64,000 nt of DNA from Planctomycetota bacterium. GTDB lineage: Bacteria > Planctomycetota > SZUA-567 > H5-PLA8. This document shows, piece by piece, positions 9,355 to 18,393 of this stretch. How positions within the stretch are numbered: the first letter of the stretch is position 1; every line of letters starts with the position of its first letter. Where the stretch lies: NCBI GenBank assembly GCA_038227875.1, contig JBBRPR010000037.1, forward strand, positions 20,502 to 84,501, given 5' to 3'. Under the pieces are notes generated by a model that worked only from the letters and a program-made list of their open reading frames with translations, was not told the origin of the DNA and did no database searches. The position numbers and the translations under genes were made by a program.

Positions 9355-10608
9355 TTACTTGCCGATGCGTTCCATGATCGCGATCAACGGAAGGAACAGG
9401 CTGATGACGATGAATCCGACCGTAATACCCATGCCGATGATCAGGATCGGTTCCAACAAGCTCATCAACGCGCCGACCAGCGTGTCGACTTCACCTTCGT
9501 ACGTGTCGGCGACCTTGATCAACATCTTGTCCAGTTCGCCGGTTTCTTCACCGACCTGGATCATGTTCACGACCAGGTCGTCGAAGCAGCCGGAATGGCG
9601 CAGCGGTTCGGCGATCGTGTCACCTTCTTTGATCGAGGCATGGACCATTTCGACGGCGTTGGCAACAACCTGATTACCCGTCGCGTTCTTGATGATCGCC
9701 AGCGCGTCGAGGATGGGCACACCGGACTGGACCAGCGTTCCCAGCGTGCGGCAGAAGCGGCTGATGGCGGTCTTGGAATTGATGATGCCGAAGACCGGCA
9801 GCTTGAGCTTGAAGCGGTCGACGAACAAACGGCCGCCGCTGGTGCGGACGATTAGGCGGAAGCCGACGTAGATCAACACCGGCAGGAAGACCAGCACGAA
9901 CCACCAGTCGACCATCGCGTGCGCGACGTTCAAGAGGATCGTGGTCATCATCGGCAACTGACCGAGGTCCATTTCCTTAAACATCTGTTCAAACTTAGGG
10001 ATGATGAAGATCATGATGAACGTCAGGATCAACGCGGCGATCGTGATCACGGCCGCCGGGTACACCAGCGCGCCGATGATCTTCTGCTGCAGGCGCTGCG
10101 CCTTTTCGCGGTAGTCGGCCAGACGCGCGAGAATATCGTCGAGCACACCGCCCGCTTCGCCGGCGCGGACCATGTTGACGTAGAGCTTGTCGAAGACCGT
10201 CGGATGCTTCGAAAGCGCTTCCGAAAGCGACGAGCCGCCTTCGACGTCTTCCTTCACGTCACTGACGGTGTCTTTCAAAATGCCGGGACGAATCTGGGCC
10301 TGGAGAATGTCGAGGCTGCGGACGATCGGTAGACCGGCGTCCATCAGCGTGGCGAACTGGCGCGTGAACGCGGTCAGCTGTTTCTGGTTGACGCGGAAGC
10401 TCAGCGAAAACCCGCCGCGCTTGCGCTTCACGGACTGCGGGCCCTGGTTGGCCGGAGCCGCGGACTTGCCGCCCTTCGGAATCACCTTTGAAGGGAAGAA
10501 GTTCAGCGCTTTGATTTTGTCGATGGCATCCTGCTCAGAGCTGGCGTCGATCTCCGCCTTGACTTCCTTGCCCTGGCCATCCATCGCTTCGTACACAAAA
10601 GTCGGCAT
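9355..10608 (-). CDS. pilC: Type IV pilus / type II secretion inner-membrane platform protein (PilC/GspF)
   Basis: FTRQFATLMDAGLPI, MVRAGEAGGVLD, GEETGELDKML, LLEPILI. Confidence 0.93.
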   Translation of the reverse strand: MPTFVYEAMDGQGKEVKAEIDASSEQDAIDKIKALNFFPSKVIPKGGKSAAPANQGPQSVKRKRGGFSLSFRVNQKQLTAFTRQFATLMDAGLPIVRSLDILQAQIRPGILKDTVSDVKEDVEGGSSLSEALSKHPTVFDKLYVNMVRAGEAGGVLDDILARLADYREKAQRLQQKIIGALVYPAAVITIAALILTFIMIFIIPKFEQMFKEMDLGQLPMMTTILLNVAHAMVDWWFVLVFLPVLIYVGFRLIVRTSGGRLFVDRFKLKLPVFGIINSKTAISRFCRTLGTLVQSGVPILDALAIIKNATGNQVVANAVEMVHASIKEGDTIAEPLRHSGCFDDLVVNMIQVGEETGELDKMLIKVADTYEGEVDTLVGALMSLLEPILIIGMGITVGFIVISLFLPLIAIMERIGK

Positions 10609-10847
10609 TGTTCCTCTCCGGCGGGGTTTCGTTGCTGGCTCGTGTAAGGTAGCTCACGGGGCCGACGTTAGGACAAAGTATCGCTGTTTTTCACAATGCG
10701 TCAATACCTACTTAACAGAGTCATTGCTCAAGGGTCATTAGGGAACGGTTATTTTTCACTTTCGCACGCTGCCAGCGGGTGCACATGTGCCAAAACTGCC
10801 GATCCGTTCGGCACAAATCGCAGTCTTCGAGATACACAATGACTTTG

Positions 10848-11849
10848 TCAGGCCGTTCCAGCGGCGACAAGCTTCTCGATGGCCGCTTCGTGGTACTGGC
10901 CGATGGCGCGAAGTTTCTTGTAGCGCAAGTCCAGCAGCTTGGGGATCGGGATGCGTTTGAGCGCCGCCAGTTCCGCCAGGATGCAATCTTTGAGCAGCTG
11001 CGTCGCGCCGGCTTTGTTACGGTGCGCTCCACCCAGCGGCTCCGGCACGATGCTGTCGACGACACCCAGGCGCTTGAGTTCCGGCGCGGTGATCTTCAAG
11101 GCTTCGGCCGCGTCGGCTTTGCGGTCGGGATCTTTCCAGAGAATCGAGGCGCAGCCTTCCGGACTGATGACACTGAAGTATGCGTATTCCTGGATCAGGA
11201 ACTTGTCGCCCACGCCGATGCCCAGCGCGCCGCCCGATCCGCCTTCGCCGATGACGATGCAGACGATGGGTACCTTGATTCCCGACATTTCGAACAGGTT
11301 GCGCGCGATGGCTTCCGACTGGCCGCGCTCTTCGGCCTGAATGTCTGGCGCCGCGCCCTTGGTATCGATCAGACAGACGATGGGAATCTGGAGCTTCTCG
11401 GCCAGGCGCATCTTCAGCAGCGCCTTGCGGTAGCCTTCCGGCTGAGGGGAACCAAAGTTGCAGATGGAGCGCTCGTTGACGTCGCGGCCCTTGTGCTGGC
11501 CGATGAGCATCATGCGCACGCCATCGATCTGCGCCAGACCCGTGAGCACCGCGCGGTCGTCGGCAAAGTGGCGGTCGCCATGAAGCTCGATGAATTCCGA
11601 GCACATCGATTCAATATAATCACAGGTCTGCGGGCGATGCGGATGCCGGGCGACCTGGATGCGATCCCACGCCGTCAGCTTGGAATACGCTTCCTTCACG
11701 ACCCGATTCCGTTCGCTGTGCTGCTTGGCGATGTCGGCGCTCAGGTCCATGTTGTTCTGCTTGCTCAAGTCTTCCAGCTTGGCGATGCGATCGTCAATTG
11801 CCTTGAGCGGCTGCTCGAAGGGCAGGTAGTTGTGGTTGCGCGTAGCCAT
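10848..11849 (-). CDS. accA: Acetyl-CoA carboxylase carboxyltransferase alpha subunit
   Basis: ARHPHRP, ELHGDR, PEGYRKA, GEGGSGGAL, SVISPEGCASILW. Confidence 0.97.
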   Translation of the reverse strand: MATRNHNYLPFEQPLKAIDDRIAKLEDLSKQNNMDLSADIAKQHSERNRVVKEAYSKLTAWDRIQVARHPHRPQTCDYIESMCSEFIELHGDRHFADDRAVLTGLAQIDGVRMMLIGQHKGRDVNERSICNFGSPQPEGYRKALLKMRLAEKLQIPIVCLIDTKGAAPDIQAEERGQSEAIARNLFEMSGIKVPIVCIVIGEGGSGGALGIGVGDKFLIQEYAYFSVISPEGCASILWKDPDRKADAAEALKITAPELKRLGVVDSIVPEPLGGAHRNKAGATQLLKDCILAELAALKRIPIPKLLDLRYKKLRAIGQYHEAAIEKLVAAGTA

Positions 11850-11898
11850 GGCGGAATCATCCTCCCCTCAATAGGAAAATCAAGTCCGTCTGAACGGA

Positions 11899-12006
11899 GT
11901 CATTGGTCATTGGGCATTGGTCATTTTTCATTTGTCATTTACGGAGCGGAAGTCAGTCCGTGAAACACGGAATCACGCTCCTCGTAAATGAAAAATGACC
12001 GATGAC
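11899..12006. repeat. Inverted heptamer array (CATTGGT/CATTTTT ... AAATGAC)
   Basis: gtcattggtcattgggcattggtcatttttcatttgtcattt paired with aaatgaaaaatgaccgatgac. Confidence 0.7.
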
Positions 12007-12011
12007 TCTGT

Positions 12012-13043
12012 TCACGTCGTCGTCTTTGCTTTGCGCTTCCGAGGCGCGGCCTTCTTCTTCGCTGGTGCTGCAGCGGGGGCGGCGGCGGGAAGTTCTTCGA
12101 CGACGGGCGCGGGCTTTGACGCAAGGCCGTAGAGGTCTTCTCGGCGCTCCGCGATAAAGGGGCTGGTGAGGCGCTGGACGCGGATGTCGTCGATGCGGAA
12201 GGACGCGTGGAGGAGTTCGTCCTGTTGAAAATGGGCGATGGGGATGATCGCTTGCGGCGGGGCGCCGGCGAGGGTTTCCAGATCGCGCTGTACGTTCTGT
12301 GAGGGCTCGGCCAGCGGTCGGCCGTCGGCGTCGAGGATCACGCTGCCGCCGCGGCAGCGGGCGAGGAACGAGCCGTCCTTGTCCTGGACCAGCGCCATCG
12401 CCAGCGCGCTGAATTCCGGGACGCCCGGGTAGACCTTGCGGAAGCCGATGCGGTTGGCGACCAGCAGCGGCACGCGGTTGCGCAGCGCCATGGCGCTCAG
12501 GAAATTCACATCGGGATTGATCTGGTTGAGCGCCACGACGATCAGGTCCGCACCGCGCAGCGCCAGCGTGCGGAACGCTTCGGGAAATTCCGCATCGAAG
12601 CCCAGCAACACGCCGACGCGCGCGTCGCCGAGGTCGATGATCGACAGTTCCGAACCCGGCGCGAGCACTTCGGCATCGCGGTAGGAATCATGTCCGTGCG
12701 CGTCGCGAAAAAGATGCGTCTTGCGCGCGACGCCCTTCACGCCGTCCTTGGTGATGAAGGCACACGCGCTGTAGACCTTGCCGTCAGCGGCTTTCTCCAG
12801 CAGCGGCAGCGCGACTGTGGCGTTGCCCGCCGCGCGCTGGACCAACTCCGTTGACGGACCGGGAATCGCTTCCGCAAACTGGCCGGCATCGCGGTAGAGG
12901 TCGCTGACGCACGCTTCCGGCAGCACGATCAACTTCGACCCGCGCGCGACGGCTCCGGCAATCAGCAGCAGAATGTTGTGGCGGTTGGATTCGACGTCGC
13001 CGCTATCGACGTGGGTTTGAATGACGGTGACAGGATAAGCCAT
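12012..13043 (-). CDS. Carbon-nitrogen hydrolase (nitrilase fold) with catalytic Cys replaced by Gly
   Basis: LIVLPE, RKTHL, GVLLGFDAEFPE (family consensus ICYDxxFPE), ANRIG. Confidence 0.8.
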   Translation of the reverse strand: MAYPVTVIQTHVDSGDVESNRHNILLLIAGAVARGSKLIVLPEACVSDLYRDAGQFAEAIPGPSTELVQRAAGNATVALPLLEKAADGKVYSACAFITKDGVKGVARKTHLFRDAHGHDSYRDAEVLAPGSELSIIDLGDARVGVLLGFDAEFPEAFRTLALRGADLIVVALNQINPDVNFLSAMALRNRVPLLVANRIGFRKVYPGVPEFSALAMALVQDKDGSFLARCRGGSVILDADGRPLAEPSQNVQRDLETLAGAPPQAIIPIAHFQQDELLHASFRIDDIRVQRLTSPFIAERREDLYGLASKPAPVVEELPAAAPAAAPAKKKAAPRKRKAKTTT

Positions 13044-13096
13044 GGGGGGACATTAGATGCAGCGGGGGAAATGGCGCAAGGTTTTTTTGAGAAGAC

Positions 13097-13163
13097 GGGA
13101 ATCGGGATTCGGGATTCAGGATTCGCCGCTGTCCCCGATTCCCGAATCCCGATTCCCGAATCC
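13097..13163. repeat. Inverted heptamer array (GGGATTC)n ... (CCCGAAT)n
   Basis: Directly visible; forms a long imperfect hairpin. Confidence 0.85.
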
Positions 13164-13168
13164 CGTTC

Positions 13169-15217
13169 TTAGTGCTTATCCGGCTGCAGCTGCATATACC
13201 GGTAGTACACCTCCAGGCACAGCGCGCCGATGGCCGTTGAGCCGACGCGGCCCCAGCATTCGGAGTAGGTGCCCATCGGGTCCCAGCTGCCGTCTTCGTC
13301 GCCGCCTTTGCGCTGGTTGGGGACCAGCGCGGCTTTCAGGCCTTCGTTCCACTGCTTCCAGATATCCCCGCCCTGTTGGAAGACACAGAGCGTGCCGTAG
13401 TACCAGTAGTACATGTCCAAGGTGTTCTTGTGCTGCTTGTCGCCGTCGTCCTGCCACTTCGGCACGCCGCCGTCTTTGATGAACAGCTCGACGCTGGACT
13501 GCAGATCTTCCTTCTTCCAACCCATGAACTGGCGGCAGAGATTCCCGATGGCGCAGCGGCGGTGATTGGTGCCGGCGCCCTTCTGGTATTCAAAACGCGA
13601 CGCCGGACCGTAGCCGGAATCGGGCGCGGCGTTCTTCTGTTCCATCTGGTCGATGAACTTGATCGCGCCTTCGAAAGCGCTGGCGGGAACGTGGATGCCG
13701 GCGACCTTCGCGGACTTCAGCGCCATCACGAACCAACCGGTGACGGAAATATCGGCGGCCATCTTCGGCTGGTAACGCCACGCGCCGGTTTCCGATCCCG
13801 CGCCTTCGGCGTGGGATTCGACGCAGTAGGTCACGGCCCGCGTCGCGGCGGCGCGGGTTTCTGGAATGTTGCCCATGCCCGCGGCTTCGGAGAGTGCCAT
13901 CGTGGCCATCGCGCAGCTGTAGCCCAGGCCCAATTCGGAGCTGTCGGTGCGGTCGAAGACGCAGCCCTTGGCGTCCTGCATGCTCTTGAGCCACGCCACG
14001 GCGCGCTTGACGTTGTCTTTGTACTGGCCGACTTTTTCCGTGTGGCCCGCGCCGAGAAACGCCAGCAGGGAGAGCGCAGTCACGGCGGTATCGCATTTCA
14101 CTTCGCGCCAGTACGTGGCCTTGCCGCCGTCGTACTTGCGGGAATCCCAGTGGCCGTCGGCTTCCTGATGATACGCCAGCCACTGCAGAGCCTTGTCGAC
14201 GGCGTTCTCGGTCATCTTCGAACCGCCGTGCCGCTTGACCATCAAGCGGCGTCCGCCGCCGTTGCGCTGGCCGAAGCTGCCGCGGCCGGCGCCCGTGCCG
14301 ACGCCGACGCCGGTGCCGTCTCCCCCGCCCCAGCCGCCGCCGGTGCCTTTGCTGGCGACACCGCCGACGCCGATCAGGTCTTCCATCCCCATGCCGCCCA
14401 TGCCGCCACCGCCTTCGGGTTCATCGTTGCCTTCCACCGAGTGGAACATCCTGGCGTCGGGATTGCCAAAGGCGCTCTGGGTGTCCGGTCGGTCCGGGTT
14501 GATGGTTTCGAAGTGGTCGCCGAGTTCCGCCTTGGCCAGCAGGTCCGGCGGGACGACGATATCGGATGCTTCCTTAGATGTAGGATCGGTGGCGGGAGTG
14601 TCGTGCTTGGACTGCAGCGCCTCGAGCGCCGATTCGGGCTTTTCCTTCTGCTGTTCCTGTTCGACCTGCGGACGCGCGGCCAGTTCGGTCATCATGATCA
14701 CGGCATCGTCGTTCTTGGGAAGATCGATCGACATCGTCACCAGTCCGGCCAGTACAATGATGAGAATATGGAGCGCGCAGGAGACGGCCCACCACGGCGC
14801 GGCGCCCAGCTTGGCGAACAGGCCGCCGCTGGCGCCGACTTCGACGGGTTCTTCCTGGCCGGTTTCGGCGGCGAGTTCCGCGGCCAGCGCGTCGGGATCG
14901 GTTTCGTGCTCGATGGCTTTCATGCGCCGCGAATCCTGGCTGGTCACGGCCCGCGGACGATCGGGAGTCTGTCGCATTTCGGTTAACCTCTTGTTCGCGT
15001 TCAGATCAAATCCGTCGGAGATCCGCCGCTGACCCAATGTGTTTCCCAGCAGCGCCAGCACCTGGCGACGCCGCTCAAATTCTTCCAGGCAACCGGCGCA
15101 GACGGCAATGTGCGAATCCAGCGACGCGGACAGGTCCGGCGAAGCCTCGCCGTCCAGGACCGAGCGGATGGAAGCAATCGCCTCTTCGCAGTTGATGAAT
15201 GTTGTCGAATCGCTCAT
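13169..15217 (-). CDS. zf-HC2 anti-sigma domain + TM + prenyltransferase/squalene-cyclase-like repeat barrel
   Basis: N-terminal C..HIAVCAGC; TM WWAVSCALHILII; ALQWLAYHQEADGHW, AVAWLKSMQ, YYWYYGT, DGSWDP, LCLEVYYRY. Confidence 0.82.
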   Translation of the reverse strand: MSDSTTFINCEEAIASIRSVLDGEASPDLSASLDSHIAVCAGCLEEFERRRQVLALLGNTLGQRRISDGFDLNANKRLTEMRQTPDRPRAVTSQDSRRMKAIEHETDPDALAAELAAETGQEEPVEVGASGGLFAKLGAAPWWAVSCALHILIIVLAGLVTMSIDLPKNDDAVIMMTELAARPQVEQEQQKEKPESALEALQSKHDTPATDPTSKEASDIVVPPDLLAKAELGDHFETINPDRPDTQSAFGNPDARMFHSVEGNDEPEGGGGMGGMGMEDLIGVGGVASKGTGGGWGGGDGTGVGVGTGAGRGSFGQRNGGGRRLMVKRHGGSKMTENAVDKALQWLAYHQEADGHWDSRKYDGGKATYWREVKCDTAVTALSLLAFLGAGHTEKVGQYKDNVKRAVAWLKSMQDAKGCVFDRTDSSELGLGYSCAMATMALSEAAGMGNIPETRAAATRAVTYCVESHAEGAGSETGAWRYQPKMAADISVTGWFVMALKSAKVAGIHVPASAFEGAIKFIDQMEQKNAAPDSGYGPASRFEYQKGAGTNHRRCAIGNLCRQFMGWKKEDLQSSVELFIKDGGVPKWQDDGDKQHKNTLDMYYWYYGTLCVFQQGGDIWKQWNEGLKAALVPNQRKGGDEDGSWDPMGTYSECWGRVGSTAIGALCLEVYYRYMQLQPDKH

Positions 15218-15244
15218 GACCTGTGTGTTCCTGAATTCATCCGC

Positions 15245-15823
15245 TCAACTTTTCAGCAGCGAGGCCAATTTCTGTGCGAGCATTCCGTCGGCGCGCGTCA
15301 GTCGGCTGCGCACAGTTCCGGACGGGATGCCGAGCTTCGCGGCGATCTGGTCGGTCGACATTTTTTCCCAGTACCGCAGGATCACGACGTCGCGGTACGG
15401 TTCGGGCAAGGCATCGACGGCGCGCAGCACGGCCGCGTCATCGGGGCCGGGAATGCTGGGCGCGTGCGGAGCCCGGCGGTCTTCGGGCGCTTCGATCGCC
15501 TGCAATTTTTCCGTCGAGAGACGTTCCTCTTTCGCGCGACGGCTGCCGCGGCGCCAGGCCAGCGCGGTGCAGCGGTTGATTTCGCGCAGCCACACTCCGA
15601 GTTTTGCCGTGTCGCGAAGCCGGCCGATGTCGAGGAACGCCTTGCAGAGCGTTTCCTGCGCGATGTCTTCGGCGTCCTGCTGTTTATCGACGATGGTCAG
15701 AGCCTGGTGGACGAGGCCGGCGCGGAAGCGTTCGAGCAGAATCCAGAAATGGTCGACCGCCGCGGCGTCGGGATTCGCGCGGAGACCTTCCAGAGCTTCA
15801 ATCGCCATGTCCGTCGTGTGCAT
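15245..15823 (-). CDS. ECF RNA polymerase sigma factor
   Basis: DAEDIAQETLCKAF, WLREI, LPEPYRDVVILRY, IPSGTVRSRLTRA; start uncertain (15808-15844). Confidence 0.92.
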   Translation of the reverse strand: MHTTDMAIEALEGLRANPDAAAVDHFWILLERFRAGLVHQALTIVDKQQDAEDIAQETLCKAFLDIGRLRDTAKLGVWLREINRCTALAWRRGSRRAKEERLSTEKLQAIEAPEDRRAPHAPSIPGPDDAAVLRAVDALPEPYRDVVILRYWEKMSTDQIAAKLGIPSGTVRSRLTRADGMLAQKLASLLKS

Positions 15824-15909
15824 TAAAACTCCCGAAAACACCACGCTCCATAAGTAAGGCTGCTTGCCGCGTCCGTTTCGCTCCCGAAAAATTGAAAATA
15901 GTTTTGGGA

Positions 15910-15964
15910 GTACTCTGTGGCCAGCTGGCCACAGGGTACCTTAGGAGCAATTGCTCCTAAGGTA
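15910..15964. promoter_or_regulatory. Two abutting palindromes upstream of the ECF gene
   Basis: GTACTCTGTGGCCAGCTGGCCACAGGGTAC (1 mismatch) and perfect 28-bp TACCTTAGGAGCAATTGCTCCTAAGGTA. Confidence 0.6.
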
Positions 15965-16082
15965 GCATACCCCGTAGCGCGAGGAGAAGGGCTTGAGACG
16001 CGGATTGTCGCACTAAAGAGGGAGCGAAAGAGAAGTTTGCATCGTGCAACGAGCAACTCTTGCATAGTGCACGAACTACACA

Positions 16083-16601
16083 CTATGTGGGCATCGGCCG
16101 GTAGTCACTGCCACGCTCAATGCGCCGGAAGTCGCCGTTCTCAAGAAACGTAATCAGGCAATTCGCGGCGTGCTGGGCGATTTGCGGAACCTGCTTGCCG
16201 CCATACGGCCAGATCGAAGTCAGGCGCGGCGTCATCTTGCCGATCAGGTTCATCGTCGCCATCTTGTTGGGATCGGCGACGAGATAATCGCCCACTCCAC
16301 TTTCTCCGGCATGCAGACTTCGGCGCAGAAACAGAATTGGAATATCTTTGACCACTGGATCGAGCAGCGGCATCAGGTCCTTGGCGCCGAACGTATTGAT
16401 GACCACGATGGCTGGCTGGGTTTGCGCGGTCTGAGTCGACGCGAGGACGACGGCCAATTCTTTGAGATTGGATGCAAACGGCAGCGGCGCGATCTTGCTC
16501 TTGAACAGCAGTCCGCGGATGGTCGTGCAGATTCGTGTCTGCTCGTTCCCGGCAGCGGCTTCCGCTTCAAAGAAAACCGGTATGCGGCGCATAGGGCTCA
16601 A
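16083..16601 (-). CDS. Hypothetical protein, possibly a degenerate receiver (REC-like) fold
   Basis: TTG start overlaps the upstream TGA; pattern FASNLKELAVVL...PAIVVIN...DIPILFL resembles CheY-like beta2-beta4. Confidence 0.6.
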   Translation of the reverse strand: MSPMRRIPVFFEAEAAAGNEQTRICTTIRGLLFKSKIAPLPFASNLKELAVVLASTQTAQTQPAIVVINTFGAKDLMPLLDPVVKDIPILFLRRSLHAGESGVGDYLVADPNKMATMNLIGKMTPRLTSIWPYGGKQVPQIAQHAANCLITFLENGDFRRIERGSDYRPMPT

Positions 16602-18235
16602 CTGCTTGACGTGGCTTCACCCGTCAAACCCGTGCCGAGCAGGGACATCTTGACGTACGCGGCAGCGAAGTCTTTGAAGAACTCGTCCTGATTGTTGGCG
16701 TAGCGCAGGATGATCTCCCGGCACTCGGGATCCTTGATCATGTCCTTGTCGGTCGAGAGCATGTTCTTGGTGTTACCCGAGATCAGCGCTTTGTAGTAGC
16801 TGTTGTTGAACTTGTACCAGTCGTCGGTGAACGGAATACCTTTCAGCCGTCCGATGGTGTGAGCGCCGGAGAGCGCGACCATCTCCTGGACAGTGAGACC
16901 GGTGTCGGCAAAGCGATCCTTCAACTGCGTCGTCGTCAGGTTTTCCAGATCGAGCACATTGGCGGGCGTGTACTTATCGGAATCCACGCGGCCCAGCGGC
17001 ACGTGGATTTCCGGCCCGCCGCACTTCTCAACCGCCACCGCACCGCCGAGGGCGATCAAGTCGGCCCAGGAAACTTCCGGGAAACGTTCCTTCACCGGCT
17101 TGAGCAGATTGATTGGGATTTCCATGCCGCGATTTTCGTAGCGCGACAGTTGTTCCGGCAGACGCAGCGAACCGTCGGCGCCACCGGTTTTCATGCGCGC
17201 GCTGTACTTGCCCGCGTCGTGAAACGCGGCGCGCAGAAAGAGCGGTGCCTTCTGTTGCGTGACGACGTCGCAGAGCGCCCGGTTGACGCGGCGGCGCAGG
17301 TCGCCTTCGCGGTCGATGATCTGCGTCTGGTCGTAGAGGCGCACGACCTCATGCAAATGATACGATCCGCTTTTGCCTTTCAGCAGAGCGTCGTGGGTGC
17401 GGCCCAGCTGGATCCGGTTTTTGAGGTGAAAATACACGGCGTCGGAAATCAGCAGCGAGGCCTGATACGTCTTCGTTGCCGATTCGATGCGGCTGGCCAT
17501 GTTGACGTTGTCGCCGATCACGGTCATCTGGCGGCGGTTGGGATGGCCCAGTTCGCCGAGGATCGCTTCGCCAAAATGGATGCCGACGCCAATGCGGAAT
17601 TCGACGTCGAAATTGCGCTTCAGATAAACGTTGAGCGACTTGAGTTCGTCGACCATTTCCAGACCGGCGTTGACGGCGTTGAAGCAATTGATCTGCGGAT
17701 CGGAGGTGTTGATGCCGAAGAGCGCCATCATGCCGTCGCCCATGTACTTGTCGATGTAGCCTTCGTTGCGCAGCACCGCTTCGCCCATCTGGTAGAAATA
17801 GCGGTTGAGAATATGGATCGTGTCGTACGACAGGTGGCGTTCGGAAAAGACGGTGAAGTCGCGGATGTCCGTGAACATGATCGCCAGGCGCGTTTCACGC
17901 CCGGTCGTGACCTGCGGGCAATGGATCACCAGATCCGCGTCGCCATCGTCGAGCACCAGGCGGCGGACCGAGACCGGTCCGGTCACGCGGGTCTGGCAGG
18001 CGAGGCGGATGTTCTTCTCGAAACCTTTGATGTCGGCGAGTTTTTGTTCAGCGGCATTGCGTGGCGTGCAATTGTCGAGGTTATCGAGCACCATCACGCG
18101 GCAGGTGGAACAACGCGCCGTCGCACCACACACATGCATGTGCGGTACTTTGTTCTTCAACGCGATATCGAGCAGGGACAGGCTCTGGTCCGTCTCTTCA
18201 AACGTCCCGTCCTGATGAAAATCAATCAACGCCAT
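16598..18235 (-). CDS. 2Fe-2S ferredoxin - class III adenylate cyclase - heme peroxidase fusion
   Basis: CGATARCSTC...RLAC; FTDIRDFT, IDKYMGDG, TVIGDNVNMASRIES; LRAAFHDAG, SWADLIALGGAVAVEKCGGP, LGRVD, MVALSGAHTIG, FFKDFAAAYVKMS. Confidence 0.92.
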   Translation of the reverse strand: MALIDFHQDGTFEETDQSLSLLDIALKNKVPHMHVCGATARCSTCRVMVLDNLDNCTPRNAAEQKLADIKGFEKNIRLACQTRVTGPVSVRRLVLDDGDADLVIHCPQVTTGRETRLAIMFTDIRDFTVFSERHLSYDTIHILNRYFYQMGEAVLRNEGYIDKYMGDGMMALFGINTSDPQINCFNAVNAGLEMVDELKSLNVYLKRNFDVEFRIGVGIHFGEAILGELGHPNRRQMTVIGDNVNMASRIESATKTYQASLLISDAVYFHLKNRIQLGRTHDALLKGKSGSYHLHEVVRLYDQTQIIDREGDLRRRVNRALCDVVTQQKAPLFLRAAFHDAGKYSARMKTGGADGSLRLPEQLSRYENRGMEIPINLLKPVKERFPEVSWADLIALGGAVAVEKCGGPEIHVPLGRVDSDKYTPANVLDLENLTTTQLKDRFADTGLTVQEMVALSGAHTIGRLKGIPFTDDWYKFNNSYYKALISGNTKNMLSTDKDMIKDPECREIILRYANNQDEFFKDFAAAYVKMSLLGTGLTGEATSSS

Positions 18236-18393
18236 GCGGCGGATGTTAACAGAATTTCCATGCACGTCGAAGATGATTTCTTGACTTCTCACTGCCCTGT
18301 CGGCATCGTTTTACTCTATCGTCCCCTTCCCCGGTTTTGCGCCGTACTCCGCAACGCGGAAGGCAACCTCACGCTCAGGAGTTTGAACAGTCC

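Noticed and set aside
13169..14250. Functional squalene-hopene cyclase
   Set aside because: Only one barrel of repeats and no DxDD motif; fused to anti-sigma and TM segments
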